DNA of 64,000 nucleotides from a virus (Duplodnaviria; Heunggongvirae; Uroviricota; Caudoviricetes): IMG/VR virus record IMGVR_UViG_2859810971_000007; one strand, 5' to 3'. Shown piece by piece: positions 44,839 to 58,071 of this stretch (position 1 is its first letter; each line of letters starts with the position of its first letter). The notes under the pieces were generated by a model. It saw only the letters and a program-made list of their open reading frames with translations, ran no database searches and was not told where the DNA came from. The position numbers and the translations under genes were made by a program.

Positions 44839-44878
44839 CCGCTGATTTAACCGGCGCAGTCTCTCCTGCGCCGGTGTA

Positions 44879-45439
44879 TTAACTTATCTCCTGTAACGCA
44901 TGTCTCTGGCGTTCGACGATATTGGTCCACAAATTGTCTTTATCGTCAGTCCACAAATTAATCAGCAAGGAAAAAAAGCGTTCAGCTGCCGGAGAAAGCA
45001 CGGCATCTTTGCGGCGAATAATCCCCAATGTCCGACGTATAACGGGTTCCACCAGTGGGATACCAATAATCGAAGAATAGGGCGCATGGGGCATTGCCAG
45101 ACCAGGAAGCGCCGAAATCCCCAGTCCTGCCTCCACTAGTCCTAATGACGTCGAAAGATGACGCACTTCGTAAAACCAGTCCAGCTTCCAGGGCTTGTCG
45201 GCTAGCTGTTGTTCTATCAACAATCGGTTGCCGCTGGAGGAACGTACGCCAATCATTTTGTAACCCACTAACTCCTGCCATTCTACAAGCTACTTTTTGG
45301 CCAATGGATGGTCACGCCGACAGGCCAGCACGAATGGCTCGTTGACCAGTGGGGTAAAATCAATGGATGAATTTGTGACGTTGTTCATGTTTATGCCAAA
45401 GTCTGATTCGTTACACAGCACCGATTCCATGCAATTATT
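44879..45439 (-). pseudogene. ybhD: LysR-family regulator YbhD remnant, truncated at the IS1 junction
   Basis: 129-aa ORF with LysR substrate-binding-domain character in K-12 ybhD position; HTH N-terminus not intact. Confidence 0.55.
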
Positions 45440-45494
45440 GGTAATGCTGCCAACTTACTGATTTAGTGTATGATGGTGATTTTAAGGTGCTTGC

Positions 45495-45770
45495 GTGGCT
45501 TCCATTTCCATCAGATGTCCTTCCTGCTCCGCTACTGAAGGCGTGGTGCGTAACGGCAAAAGCACTGCCGGACATCAGCGCTATCTCTGCTCTCATTGCC
45601 GTAAAACATGGCAACTACAGTTCACTTACACCGCCTCTCAGCCCGGTACGCACCAGAAAATCATTGATATGGCCATGAATGGCGTCGGATGTCGCGCCAG
45701 TGCACGCATTATGGGCGTTGGCCTCAACACGGTTTTACGTCACTTAAAAAACTCAGGCCGCAGTCGGTAA
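45495..45770 (+). CDS. insA: IS1 InsA
   Basis: 91-aa ORF (GTG start) ...[38 protein letters not shown]. Confidence 0.9.
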   Translation: MASISIRCPSCSATEGVVRNGKSTAGHQRYLCSHCRKTWQLQFTYTASQPGTHQKIIDMAMNGVGCRASARIMGVGLNTVLRHLKNSGRSR

Positions 45771-46192
45771 CCTCGCGCATACAACCGGGCAGTGATGTGA
45801 TTGTCTGCGCTGAAATGGACGAACATTGGGGCTACGTCGGTGCTAAATCACATCAGCGCTGGCTGTTTTACGCGTATGACAGGATACGGAGGACGGTTGT
45901 GGCGCACGTCTTCGGTGAACGCACTCTGGCCACACTGGAGCGTCTTCTGAGCCTGCTGTCGGCCTTTGAGGTCGTGGTATGGATGACGGATGGCTGGCCG
46001 CTGTATGAATCACGCCTGAAGGGAAAGCTGCACGTTATCAGCAAGCGTTACACTCAGCGCATTGAGCGACATAATCTGAATCTGAGACAACATCTGGCAA
46101 GGCTGGGACGGAAGTCACTGTCGTTCTCAAAATCGGTGGAGCTGCATGACAAGGTCATCGGGCATTATCTGAACATAAAACACTATCAGTAA
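45689..46192 (+). CDS. insB: IS1 InsB frame (made as InsAB' by -1 frameshift at the A6C motif near 45744)
   Basis: 167-aa ORF overlapping insA in the -1 frame; TTAAAAAACTC slippery motif present. Confidence 0.85.
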   Translation: MSRQCTHYGRWPQHGFTSLKKLRPQSVTSRIQPGSDVIVCAEMDEHWGYVGAKSHQRWLFYAYDRIRRTVVAHVFGERTLATLERLLSLLSAFEVVVWMTDGWPLYESRLKGKLHVISKRYTQRIERHNLNLRQHLARLGRKSLSFSKSVELHDKVIGHYLNIKHYQ

Positions 46193-46207
46193 GTTGGAGT
46201 CATTACC

Positions 46208-48020
46208 TGCCTCCGCATATTGCGGTCATCCATCAATATATGCGTGAGATGATGGCTGGCGGGGCAAAATGATCCTCGGGTCAGACAGCCACACCCGTTA
46301 CGGTGCATTAGGGACAATGGCAGTCGGTGAGGGTGGCGGTGAGTTGGTAAAACAGCTGCTTAATGACACCTGGGATATCGACTATCCGGGCGTGGTTGCG
46401 GTGCATCTGACCGGAAAACCTGCGCCGTATGTGGGGCCACAGGATGTGGCGCTGGCTATCATTGGCGCGGTGTTCAAAAACGGTTACGTCAAAAACAAAG
46501 TCATGGAGTTCGTTGGACCGGGCGTTAGCGCGCTCTCTACCGATTTCCGTAACAGCGTTGACGTGATGACCACGGAAACCACCTGTTTAAGCTCCGTCTG
46601 GCAAACTGATGAAGAAGTGCATAACTGGCTGGCGCTGCACGGTCGCGGCCAGGATTACTGCCAGCTTAACCCTCAACCGATGGCGTACTACGATGGCTGC
46701 ATCAGCGTTGATTTAAGCGCCATCAAACCAATGATTGCGCTGCCGTTCCACCCGAGCAACGTGTATGAAATCGACACACTGAACCAGAACCTGACCGACA
46801 TTCTGCGTGAGATTGAAATTGAGTCCGAACGCGTGGCGCACGGTAAAGCCAAACTCTCGCTGCTGGATAAAGTGGAAAATGGTCGCCTGAAAGTGCAGCA
46901 GGGGATTATCGCGGGCTGTTCTGGCGGTAACTACGAAAACGTCATCGCGGCGGCGAATGCACTGCGCGGTCAATCCTGTGGCAATGACACCTTCTCGCTG
47001 GCGGTTTACCCGTCATCACAGCCGGTGTTTATGGATCTCGCCAAAAAAGGTGTGGTAGCAGATTTGATTGGCGCAGGCGCAATCATCAGAACCGCATTCT
47101 GTGGCCCATGCTTTGGCGCGGGCGATACGCCAATCAACAACGGTTTGAGTATTCGCCACACCACGCGTAACTTCCCGAACCGCGAAGGCTCTAAGCCAGC
47201 CAATGGGCAGATGTCAGCGGTGGCGTTGATGGACGCTCGTTCTATCGCTGCGACTGCGGCAAACGGTGGCTATTTAACCTCTGCCAGCGAACTTGATTGC
47301 TGGGACAACGTGCCGGAGTACGCCTTCGATGTAACGCCGTATAAAAACCGTGTTTATCAGGGCTTTGTGAAAGGGGCAACTCAGCAACCGCTGATTTACG
47401 GACCGAACATTAAAGACTGGCCGGAATTGGGTGCGCTGACTGACAATATCGTCCTGAAAGTGTGCTCGAAGATCCTCGACGAAGTCACCACCACCGACGA
47501 ACTGATTCCTTCCGGTGAAACCTCTTCTTATCGTTCAAATCCGATTGGTCTGGCGGGGAATGTCAGCGAGCTGACAGAGGTGTTTGCGCGCATTAAGCAG
47601 ATTGCTGGTCAGGAGCATATTGATCCGCTGCAAACTGAAATTGGCAGCATGGTCTATGCGGTGAAACCAGGCGATGGTTCTGCGCGTGAACAGGCGGCGA
47701 GCTGCCAGCGTGTGATTGGCGGTCTGGCGAATATTGCCGAGGAGTACGCGACTAAACGCTACCGTTCTAACGTCATCAACTGGGGGATGTTACCGCTGCA
47801 GATGGCGGAAGTGCCAACCTTTGAAGTGGGGGATTACATTTACATCCCTGGCATTAAAGCGGCGCTGGATAATCCGGGTACGACGTTTAAAGGTTATGTG
47901 ATCCATGAAGATGCGCCGGTAACGGAAATTACGCTTTACATGGAAAGCCTGACGGCTGAAGAGCGCGAGATTATCAAGGCGGGTAGTTTGATTAACTTCA
48001 ATAAAAACCGTCAGATGTAA
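46208..48020 (+). pseudogene. ybhJ: aconitase-family protein YbhJ, 5'-truncated at the IS1 junction
   Basis: 583-aa ORF from 46269 matching the C-terminal portion of recalled YbhJ (~750 aa); ybhH and ybhI absent. Confidence 0.8.
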
Positions 48021-48029
48021 AAAGCGCCA

Positions 48030-48150
<121 letters not shown>

Positions 48151-48160
48151 TTAATAGCTC

Positions 48161-49444
48161 TTACTTCTTCGCCTCTGCAACCACTTTGCTGCCCACGCCG
48201 CGGTTATTGTATTCCCACATGCGGTTGTAGTTAGTGTCATTCAGATTGCGCTGTATTTCGTCGTTATCATCTACGCTGCCGGTATTACCCGCAAACGGAC
48301 GATTAGAGATCACCGCATCGGCCCACGGTTTAGCCGTGTTAAAACCTTCGTTGATGGCGCTATCACGGATCACCACCTGACCGTTGGTATTAGCATCAAC
48401 ATCCAGCGAGCGGCCCAGTTGCGCCACGCCATCACCGGAAGCATTGAAACGGCTGTTTACGGCGAGGAAACCGTAATAGATGTTAGACAGCGTAGCCGGT
48501 GCAAACACATATGCTTCTTGCTGGGTACGTGAGTTCACCACGCGGAATTCGGTGTTATCGAACACCACTGCGCCGCGACCAGAAACGATATCCACATCCC
48601 CTTCAATATAGCTGTTGGTCACCAGCGTACGCGGCTGACGGTTGGTTTCCAGACGGTTCTGCACACCGCTGTTGGTGACAAAGAAGGTGTTCTGACGACC
48701 GAGAATGTTAACGTTGTTAATCTGTACTTGGTCACCGTCAGTACGCAGTGCTACCGCCGGATGGTTACCTGCATCTACGCTATCGCCCAGCGTGTTTTCG
48801 ATGGTCAGATTTTGCAGTTGCAGTCCATTGTTTTGTGACCAGAAGACCGCAGAACACAGAACACCGATACTGTCGCTGCGTTTGCTCTGGCAGCTATCGT
48901 ACATATACCACGCTGGTTTACCTGGCATATATTTGCCGCGCGGGTTGACGTCGTGACGCCAGTCGGCAGGGCTCATGCCCCCATCAAGGGAAAGCCCAAT
49001 CTTCACATCAATCGGTTTTTCACCTGTACCGTACAGAGTGATTCCACCTGGAGCAGCAGGGACATACACCGTTCCCTGATACTCACCAGGCATCACGGCA
49101 ATATACTGGCGCTTGTTGGTGCGCTTGATAATTGCCGCATCTACCGCCGCCTGAATCGTGGTATGCGTTACACCTTGAGTACCCGCCGGGCCGACAACAA
49201 AGTCAGGTTGCGCAGGCAGGGTTATCGGGGACGGATTCCACGCTGCAGCACCTGGTGTCAGGGATGCAAAATAGTGTTGCGCATCGAAATTCAGCGCTTC
49301 TTTTGCCGACAGAATCGGGCGAGAAGAGGTACCAGGCGCAGTTTGATCAGAAGGACGTTGATCGGGTGGTGTTGAGCTACAGGCAGTCAGCGTCACGCCA
49401 AAAGCCAATGCCAGCGCCAGACGGGAAACTGAAAATGTGTTCAC
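48161..49444 (-). CDS. ybhC: YbhC, pectinesterase-family outer-membrane lipoprotein
   Basis: 427-aa ORF with lipoprotein signal (LTACSS); matches recalled E. coli YbhC. Confidence 0.9.
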   Translation of the reverse strand: MNTFSVSRLALALAFGVTLTACSSTPPDQRPSDQTAPGTSSRPILSAKEALNFDAQHYFASLTPGAAAWNPSPITLPAQPDFVVGPAGTQGVTHTTIQAAVDAAIIKRTNKRQYIAVMPGEYQGTVYVPAAPGGITLYGTGEKPIDVKIGLSLDGGMSPADWRHDVNPRGKYMPGKPAWYMYDSCQSKRSDSIGVLCSAVFWSQNNGLQLQNLTIENTLGDSVDAGNHPAVALRTDGDQVQINNVNILGRQNTFFVTNSGVQNRLETNRQPRTLVTNSYIEGDVDIVSGRGAVVFDNTEFRVVNSRTQQEAYVFAPATLSNIYYGFLAVNSRFNASGDGVAQLGRSLDVDANTNGQVVIRDSAINEGFNTAKPWADAVISNRPFAGNTGSVDDNDEIQRNLNDTNYNRMWEYNNRGVGSKVVAEAKK

Positions 49445-49490
49445 AGGTTGCTCCGGGCTATGAAATAGAAAAATGAATCCGTTGAAGCCT

Positions 49491-49505
49491 GCTTTTTTAT
49501 ACTAA
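49491..49505 (+). other. prophage attL: lambda att core GCTTTTTTATACTAA followed by lambda P'-arm
   Basis: Core and following ~230 bp match recalled lambda attP P'-arm almost exactly and run into int. Confidence 0.85.
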
Positions 49506-49578
49506 GTTGGCATTATAAAAAAGCATTGCTTATCAATTTGTTGCAACGAACAGGTCATTATCAGTCAAAATAAAATCA

Positions 49579-50517
49579 TTATTTGATTTCAATTTTGTCC
49601 CACTCCCTGCCTCTGTCATCACGATACTGTGATGCCATGGTGTCCGACTTGTGCCCGAGAAGATGTTGAGCAAACTTATCGCTTATCTGCTTCTCATAGA
49701 GTCTTGCAGACAAACTGCGCAACTCGTGAAAGGTAGGTGGATCCCCTTCGAAGGAAAGACCTGATGCTTTTCGTGCGCGCATAAAATACCTTGATACTGT
49801 GCCGGATGAAAGCGGTTCACGACGAGTAGATGCAATTATGGTTTCTCCGCCAAGAATCTCTTTGCATTTATCAAGTGTTTCCTTCATTGATATCCCGAGA
49901 GCATCAACATGCAATGTTGTAGGGATGGCAATTTTTACGCCTGTTTTGCTTTGCTCGACATAAAGATATCCATCTACGATATCAGACCACTTCATTTCGC
50001 ATAAATCACCAACTCGTTGCCCGGTAACAACAGCCAGTTCCATTGCAAGTCTGAGCCAACATGGTGATGATTCTGCTGCTTGATAAATTTTCAGGTATTC
50101 GTCAGCCGTAAGTCTTGATCTCCTTACCTCTGATTTTGCTGCGCGAGTGGCAGCGACCGGGTTTGTTGTTATATGGCCTTCAGCTATTGCCTCTCGGAAT
50201 GCATCGCTCAGTGTTGATCTGATTAACTTGGCTGATGCCGCCTTGCCCTCGTCTATGTATCCATTGAGCATTGCCGCAATTTCTTTTGTGGTGATGTCTT
50301 CAAGTGGAGCATCAGGCAGCCCCCTCCTTATTGCTTTAATTTTGCTCATGTAATTTATGAGTGTCTTCTGCTTGATTCCTCTGCTGGCGAGGATTTTTTC
50401 GTAGCGATCAAGCCATGAATGTAACGTAACAGAATTATCACTGTTGATTCTCGCTGTCAGAGGCTTGTGTTTGTGTCCTGAAAATAACTCAATGTTGGCC
50501 TGTATAGCTTCAGTGAT
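49579..50517 (-). pseudogene. int: lambda-type integrase lacking ~45 N-terminal codons (truncated by IS600)
   Basis: C-terminal ~310 aa near-identical to recalled lambda Int (ends DRGREWDKIEIK); ORF N-terminus (MRFSTIV...) is IS600 read-through. Confidence 0.85.
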
Positions 50518-50560
50518 TGAGGTGTACTGGCAATAGCGGACACTACCATTTGTTCTTTTT

Positions 50561-51379
50561 TTAAGCAGCTGTCTGATGATATTTTTCCCTGAAGGCTGCC
50601 GGGGAGATATTCCCCAGACGAGAGTGACGACGCTGACGATTGTAGAAAATCTCAATGTATTCCCGTATTACTGAGATGGCTTCATCCCGGTTATTAAAAC
50701 GATAGTGGCTCAGGCTCTCATTTTTCAGCGTTCCCCAGAAGCTTTCCATCGGAGCGTTGTCGTAACAGTTACCTTTACGCGACATTGATGTTTTCAGACC
50801 AAACTGCTCCTGTATGACCCGGTAATCGTATGCGCAGTACTGTGAACCTCGATCAGAGTGGTGGATTAGCCCGGCAGGTGGGCGCTGGCTCCTGAGCGCC
50901 ATAAACAGGGCTTTACCTGTCAGCTCTTTTGTCATGCGCTCTCCCATGGCGTAGCCGACAATTTCGCACGTATAAACATCTTTGATGCCAGCGAGGTACA
51001 ACCATCCCTCCTGTGTGGCAACATACGTCAGGTCCGCCACCCAGACCTGATTTGGTGCTGTAGGAGCGAACGTCTGGTTCAGCAGATTTGGCGCAACTGG
51101 CAGATTGTGGTTCGGGTTCGTAGTCGCTCTGAACTTGCGTTTCTGCTTACAGCGTAGCCTCAGCTCCTTACGAAGACGTGCCAGTCGGTCACGACCAACG
51201 ATGATGCCATTCTCTGCCAGCTCCGTCTGGAGCCGCCGGGTTCCATATGTTTCGCGAGTGCGGATATGTGCCACCTTAATCTCCAGTTTTAGCCGCTCAT
51301 CACTTTGTTTTCTGTCTGAGGGTTCATGCTGTACCCAGTTGTAATAACCGCTCCTGGATACACCAAATACCTGACACAT
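50561..51379 (-). CDS. IS600 OrfB transposase
   Basis: 272-aa ORF. Confidence 0.9.
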   Translation of the reverse strand: MCQVFGVSRSGYYNWVQHEPSDRKQSDERLKLEIKVAHIRTRETYGTRRLQTELAENGIIVGRDRLARLRKELRLRCKQKRKFRATTNPNHNLPVAPNLLNQTFAPTAPNQVWVADLTYVATQEGWLYLAGIKDVYTCEIVGYAMGERMTKELTGKALFMALRSQRPPAGLIHHSDRGSQYCAYDYRVIQEQFGLKTSMSRKGNCYDNAPMESFWGTLKNESLSHYRFNNRDEAISVIREYIEIFYNRQRRHSRLGNISPAAFREKYHQTAA

Positions 51380-51414
51380 CGCTTCAATGGGAAATTGTTG
51401 TCGCCATTGTTCGA

Positions 51415-51717
51415 TTAACGCGTATTTTTCAGCGACTCCTGTGCAAAATACGCTGTTGCTTTTTTTAATATATCGCGCTCAAGGCGAGCTTCATTTAACG
51501 CCTTACGCAGTTGCAGAATTTCAGATTCCAGTTCAGCCACCGTGCGGGAACCAGGAGTACCGAGCCCTTTTCTGGCGGCGGTAACCCATTGTCCTAAAGT
51601 GCCTTCAGGAAGGGATAATCGGGAAGCGCCTTCACTGATCGAAAGTTGATTTTCAAGAACCGTTCTGACAGCTTCGGCTTTGAACTCTTTAGAGTAACGT
51701 TGGGTTTTTCTGCTCAT
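51415..51717 (-). CDS. IS600 OrfA
   Basis: 100-aa ORF. Confidence 0.9.
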   Translation of the reverse strand: MSRKTQRYSKEFKAEAVRTVLENQLSISEGASRLSLPEGTLGQWVTAARKGLGTPGSRTVAELESEILQLRKALNEARLERDILKKATAYFAQESLKNTR

Positions 51718-53108
51718 TATTAGCTCCTTCTGATGCCATTCTATTTCAGGAAGGAGTGTCCGTTAAACTCAGGCTACCTCAGTCAGCGCTGGAACGACGA
51801 GAAGCCAGAAACCATTCAACCACAATCCAGACCATCATCCGCAATCACCGTATCGAAAACTGGCTATGTGTTTTTCGACAGGTGAACCATGAAATCAAAA
51901 ATCAAATCGCTACTGGTCGCTGGTTATAACCACGGCTGGTTAAGTATTTCGTTTGTCGATTTCTGGTTTAAAAATCTCAATCTGAGGGAATCATGAGGCC
52001 AAGTGAACTTAGCGACCTGCTTTGGGCGCAGGTTGACAGGGTGGCTCCGCACCTGTTGCCAAACGGCAAGATAGAGGGGCATGAGTGGGTTGCCGGTAAC
52101 GTCAACGGTGACAAGGGAAACAGCCTTAAGGTCAACCTTATCGGCAAGAAAAAATGGGCTGATTTCGCTGAGGGAGACGGCGGTGACATGCTTGATTTGT
52201 GGATGGCATGTCGTGGAATTAACCTGCATCAGGCTATGCAGGAAGCGAAAGCATTTCTCGGTATCAAGGATGACGATCACCATTTCGATGCCAGACGTGA
52301 GAAGAAATTCTCCAGACCTGATCGTAAGAAAATCGCCCGCTACGTTACCAGAACAGAATCCCATCTTGAGTACCTGCAATCGCGTGGCATATCGCCAGAA
52401 GTCGTAAAGCGCTACGAGGTTGTCAGCGGCAAGGTGTGGAATGGAGAACGAGAACTGGATGCTCTGGTGCTTCCGTACAAACGCGATGGTGAGTTGTTGC
52501 AGGTCAAGCGAATCAGCACTGAGCGCCCGGACGGGAAGAAAGTCATTATGGCAGAAGGTGATTGCGAACCTTGCCTGTTCGGATGGCAGGCTCTGGACGC
52601 TGGCGTGAGGGCGGTTGTGCTTTGCGAAGGCGAAATTGATTGTATGAGCTATGCGCAATACGGCATCTCGGCGTTATCCGTGCCGTTTGGTGGCGGGAAA
52701 GGCGCTAAGCAACAGTGGATTGAGTTTGAGTATCACAACCTCGACAGGTTTGAGGAAATATTCATCTCGATGGACGTTGATGATGTTGGTCGTGAAGCCG
52801 CAAGGGAAATCGTAAGCCGACTCGGTGAACATCGTTGCCGTCTTGTTACTCTGCCGTACAAAGACATCAACGAATGCCTGATGAACGGTGTTACCGAGGA
52901 TGAAATCTGGCAGTACATCGGCACGGCATCCTACTTCGATCCTGAAGAACTCTACAGTGCGCGAGAGTTTTACCAGGACACTATCAACGCTTTCTACGGC
53001 AAGCAGCAGTATCTGTTTAATCCACCGTGGGAATCTCTGGCAGATAAATTCCAGTTCCGTGAGGCAGAGTTGACGCTGGTCAATGGTGTGAACGGTCACG
53101 GAAAGGCA

Positions 53109-54130
53109 TGCCCACTGAATGAGCCTATTCTTTTAGCTGATGGGACATGGACTACTCACGGGAATGTAAAAATTGGCGATCAGGTGGCGTCAGTAGACGG
53201 CAATCCGTCAACTGTCACTGGGATATTCCCGCAGGGTGTTAGAGATGTTTACCGAGTCACATTTGAAGATGGTCGTTATGTTGATTGCGCAGGCGATCAC
53301 CTATGGGAGGTCACTAGTCGTGGATTCACGAAAGGCGAGAAACGCCGCGTGATAGATACCTTCGGGTTGAAGCGGTTGAGTGAAACGAAGAGGCACAAAA
53401 ATGGCGTTAGGATTCCTGAAATAACTGGTGACTTTGGCGACCACTCAGAGCCATTAGCATGGGTTATCGGCTCCCTTCTCGGGATGGTAGTCTTAGCAAT
53501 GGGAGCGTGAAGTTTTCAAACGTCGAGCCATACATGATCGAGCGTATGAAGGCTGAACTGCCTGATTACAACTTCTCTGGAGATGGTAAGGACTGGCTGA
53601 TATCAACGGCGCGTGGTCAGGTAAATCCACTCATGGAGACCCTGCGAGGTTATGGACTAATGGGGTGCACAGCAAAAAACAAATTCATCCCTCGTGTGTT
53701 TTTTTCCGCAAATAAATCAACGCGTATAGGCATGCTGTGTGGTCTGCTTGAAACGGATGGGTATGTCGAGAAGGATGGAACGCTTGTTTTTTCCTCAGCA
53801 AGTGAAGAACTGCGCAATGGGGTTGTTCAACTGGTTAACTCACTCGGCGGGTCATGCCGGACGCGAGTTAAAACTGGCGTGACATACACATACAAGGACG
53901 ATAAGCGGCATGGGATGGATTCATACGAGGCAAGAATCAGACTGACAAGAGAAATCAGGGAGGCCATCCGTTCACCACGACTCAATGGCAGATTAACTGC
54001 GCATCGATTCGAGGGCTGTGGGGTATTCGTCAGGAATGTTGAAAAAATCGGCAATGCAGAATGCTTGTGTATTATGGTCGATCACCCTCGCCACCTGTAT
54101 GTAACCAGGGGATATGTGGCGACGCATAAC
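53109..54130 (+). other. intein with LAGLIDADG-type homing endonuclease, inserted just after the GxxGxGKA P-loop-like motif
   Basis: Starts Cys (CPLNEPILLADG), block-B-like DCAGDHLWEV, LAGLIDADG motifs (SLLG[D]GSL, MLCGLLETDGYV), ends HN before Thr (YVATHN|TEVV); 1-nt frameshift at G-run 53481-53483. Confidence 0.7.
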
Positions 54131-54656
54131 ACCGAGGTTGTCGGGCATATGGCACTTGAGGCAATGCGTCAGGGTGTGAAGACGTGCATCGCGTCACTTG
54201 AGCTGAAGCCTGGTATTCTCCTTAAGCGACTTACCCGTCAGGCAACGTGCTGCAAGATGCCGCCAGTGCTGGAAATTGACTCTGCATTTAAATTTTATGA
54301 CGAAAGACTTTGGGTGTTTGGCCTGACTGGAACGGCGAAAGCCGACAGGCTGATCGAAATATTCGACTACGCTCGCCGCCGATACGGGATCCAGTTATTC
54401 ATCATCGACAGCCTGATGAAATGTGGCATAGGCGACGATGACTATAACGGGCAGAAGGCGTTTGTTGACTCGATTTGCGACTTCAAAAACAAAACAAACT
54501 CCCACGTCATTCTCGTTACTCACTCGCGAAAAGGAGACAGCGAAGAAAAACCAACCGGGAAAATGGACGTAAAAGGCTCTGGAGTGAAGTGGCACACTGA
54601 ATTTGGCCACCTGAACAGAGGTGATATGCTCACCTCAGAACAACACAGGTGCTCCA

Positions 54657-55825
<1,169 letters not shown>

Positions 55826-56210
55826 CCACTTCAGGAGCGATAACAGGCCTGACAGACAACCTTTTCATCATCTGGCGTAACAAGGCTCGCGAGAGAGCGT
55901 TACAGAGAGTTCAGAGTGGTGAAAAGATGTCAGAGAAGGACGAACAGCTACTGGCATCTCCGGCATCTGTTTTGATGCTTGAAAAACAACGTAACGGCGA
56001 AGGTTGGGAAGGTGGTGTCCCGTTGTTCCTTGACGAGCAATCGCACCAGTTCCTGCAACTTGAATCAGGATCGCCATATAGCTACATCGCCAATATGCCG
56101 AAATCGGAATATGACGAGGCGTGGCGACAGGAAAACGTGACGGAGTATTAAATGACCATCTACATCACTGAGCTAATAGCAGGCCTGCTGGTAATCGCAG
56201 GCCTTTTTAT

Positions 56211-56504
56211 TTGGGGGAGAGGGAAGTGAACGATAGCTACCGACAGTTTGAAAACTGGTGGTCAAAAGACAAAAGCCAGTTCACAGGAGACGATGAATTA
56301 AAAGAGTTTGCCTGGGTGATATGGCAGGCATCGCGAGCAGCTATTGAACTGGATATCGACTGGCCCGAATCGAATGACGACTTTTGGAAAGATGGTGAAG
56401 AAGGTGCTTATGCGATGGGGCATGAGGATGGGAAGGACAAAACGGTAATTGCAGTAATGAAAGCTATCAGAGCCGCTGGAATTAAAGAGAAGAATTTTCG
56501 ATGA
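56211..56504 (+). CDS. hypothetical prophage protein
   Basis: 97-aa acidic ORF overlapping the ninB start. Confidence 0.4.
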   Translation: MGEREVNDSYRQFENWWSKDKSQFTGDDELKEFAWVIWQASRAAIELDIDWPESNDDFWKDGEEGAYAMGHEDGKDKTVIAVMKAIRAAGIKEKNFR

Positions 56505-56911
56505 AGCAAACAATCTTCCTCCGAACTAAGCAACAACAGCAAGCCGCAATAAATGCCATCCTCTCAACTCCTCTCGATAAAGACAAGCCAGTCACCATCC
56601 GCATTACTGACTACAAGCGAAATCTTGACCAGAACGCAAAATTTCACGCGATGCTGGCGGATATCGCTCGTCAGGTTCAATGGTGCGGCAAATGGTTAAA
56701 ACCAGAACAATGGAAGGTTTTGTTGATCAGCGGTCATGCAGTGGCAACAAAACAGGAAGCTGATGTTTTGCCCGGCCTTGAAGGAGAATGCGTCAACATT
56801 CGCGAAAGCAGCGCGCAGATGAGCGTGAAGCGCATGGCAAGTCTGATCGAGTACACAACAGCCTGGGCTATTGGTCAGGGTGTCAGATTTACCGACAGGA
56901 GGTATGAATGA
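56501..56911 (+). CDS. ninB: NinB (Orf-family recombination protein)
   Basis: 136-aa ORF resembling recalled lambda NinB (...[35 protein letters not shown]...). Confidence 0.75.
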   Translation: MKQTIFLRTKQQQQAAINAILSTPLDKDKPVTIRITDYKRNLDQNAKFHAMLADIARQVQWCGKWLKPEQWKVLLISGHAVATKQEADVLPGLEGECVNIRESSAQMSVKRMASLIEYTTAWAIGQGVRFTDRRYE

Positions 56912-57084
56912 GGCGACATCGACGAAGTTTCACCGACATCATCTGCGAAAACTGCAAATACCTTCCAACGAAACGCTCCAGAAATAAACGCAAGCCAATC
57001 CCAAAAGAATCTGACGTAAAAACCTTCAACTACACGGCTCACCTGTGGGATATCCGGTGGCTAAGACATCGTGCGAGGAAATGA
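56908..57084 (+). CDS. ninE: NinE
   Basis: 58-aa [61 protein letters not shown], translated by hand (not in ORF track); ATGA overlap with ninB. Confidence 0.7.
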   Translation: MRRHRRSFTDIICENCKYLPTKRSRNKRKPIPKESDVKTFNYTAHLWDIRWLRHRARK

Positions 57085-57125
57085 CTATTTATCCGGTGCG
57101 CCGCCAGAATGACGGCGCGGTGTGG

Positions 57126-57434
57126 TTAAACGAAGCGGATCTGGAGTTTTTTTCCAGTAGCGCGGGCGAATTTTTTTAGTGTGGCAAATGATGGGCCGCT
57201 GATACCTGATGCGAGATTACTTTCCATTCTGGTGATCGCGGTCGCTTTTGTTCCCATTCGCTCGGCAACTTCAGCCTGAGTTAAGCCAGCTTCTTTGCGT
57301 GCTGCCAGCATTTCATCAAGCAGTGCGAATTCGTCAGCGATAGCGTCGTATTCTGCTTTAAAAGCCGGGTCTTCCATCCATTTGGCTGCCATTTCGTCGT
57401 GTGTCATGGTGGGGAGAGTGCGTTTACCAGTCAT
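57126..57434 (-). CDS. higA: HigA-like antitoxin (HTH_XRE)
   Basis: 102-aa ORF overlapping and downstream of the toxin gene. Confidence 0.7.
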   Translation of the reverse strand: MTGKRTLPTMTHDEMAAKWMEDPAFKAEYDAIADEFALLDEMLAARKEAGLTQAEVAERMGTKATAITRMESNLASGISGPSFATLKKFARATGKKLQIRFV

Positions 57435-57753
57435 GCTTAACCTCCTTCATTCTGGTTTCAGCTTTCTTGCGTTCGGCTGGCGGTGTTTTCTGCGCTTTCT
57501 TTACAAAACTATGCAGCATGATGATGCGTTTCCCTGTCAGAGTGCAGTAAAAAACACGCGCGATCCCATCGTTGCCTTTAATTCTGAGTTCGAAAAGCCC
57601 GTCACCAAAGGCGCTGGTGTGAGGTTCTCCGAGATTGCTGCCGTATACCTTCATGCGTTCAACAAGATGCTGGTATCTGGCACGCATACTCAATGGAAGC
57701 TGATCGACCTCCAGTCGGACCTCTTCACTGTAGTATTCGATAGTGTAGTTCAT
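57424..57753 (-). CDS. higB: HigB/RelE-family toxin
   Basis: Start MNYTIEYYSEEV at 57753; RelE/ParE-superfamily character; toxin-first order typical of HigBA. Confidence 0.7.
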   Translation of the reverse strand: MNYTIEYYSEEVRLEVDQLPLSMRARYQHLVERMKVYGSNLGEPHTSAFGDGLFELRIKGNDGIARVFYCTLTGKRIIMLHSFVKKAQKTPPAERKKAETRMKEVKHDW

Positions 57754-58071
57754 ACAGCAAAACATAACAAAATCGTTATATCTGCACAATATATTGATTC
57801 TGCAATTTCGGGACGTTACACTATCTCTGCACCTTATAAAGCGGGGGCCGGGATTGGCGTCCTGAAATTCAATATAGAGCATAACCGCGCTCATGCGGTT
57901 TTTTCGTGTCATGAGCATTGCTACGCCCAAATTATGGTGGGGCGTGCAGGGGCATCGCAAGATGCGCCGGGTTCTATGTTGACCGGTTACGCCAACCCTG
58001 TACGTCTCACCACCTCTGTGATTGGCGTCCCATGTGGTGAGTTCTTTGAATTCAACATAGGGGCTGTCACC

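Larger units (their letters stand above)
45440..46207 (+). mobile_element. IS1, 768 bp, no flanking direct repeat
   Basis: Ends GGTAATGCTGCCAACTTACTGAT... and ...ATCAGTAAGTTGGAGTCATTACC; flanks differ; insA starts 56 bp into the element. Confidence 0.9.
50518..51781 (-). mobile_element. IS600, 1264 bp, no flanking direct repeat (junction between int and primase region)
   Basis: Canonical ends; flanks GAT and GTC differ. Confidence 0.9.

Noticed and set aside
51782-51992. Short ORF MKSKIKSLLVAGYNHGWLSISFVDFWFK upstream of the primase gene
   Set aside because: 27 codons, no RBS or homolog recognised; more likely untranslated leader between the IS600 junction and the primase start
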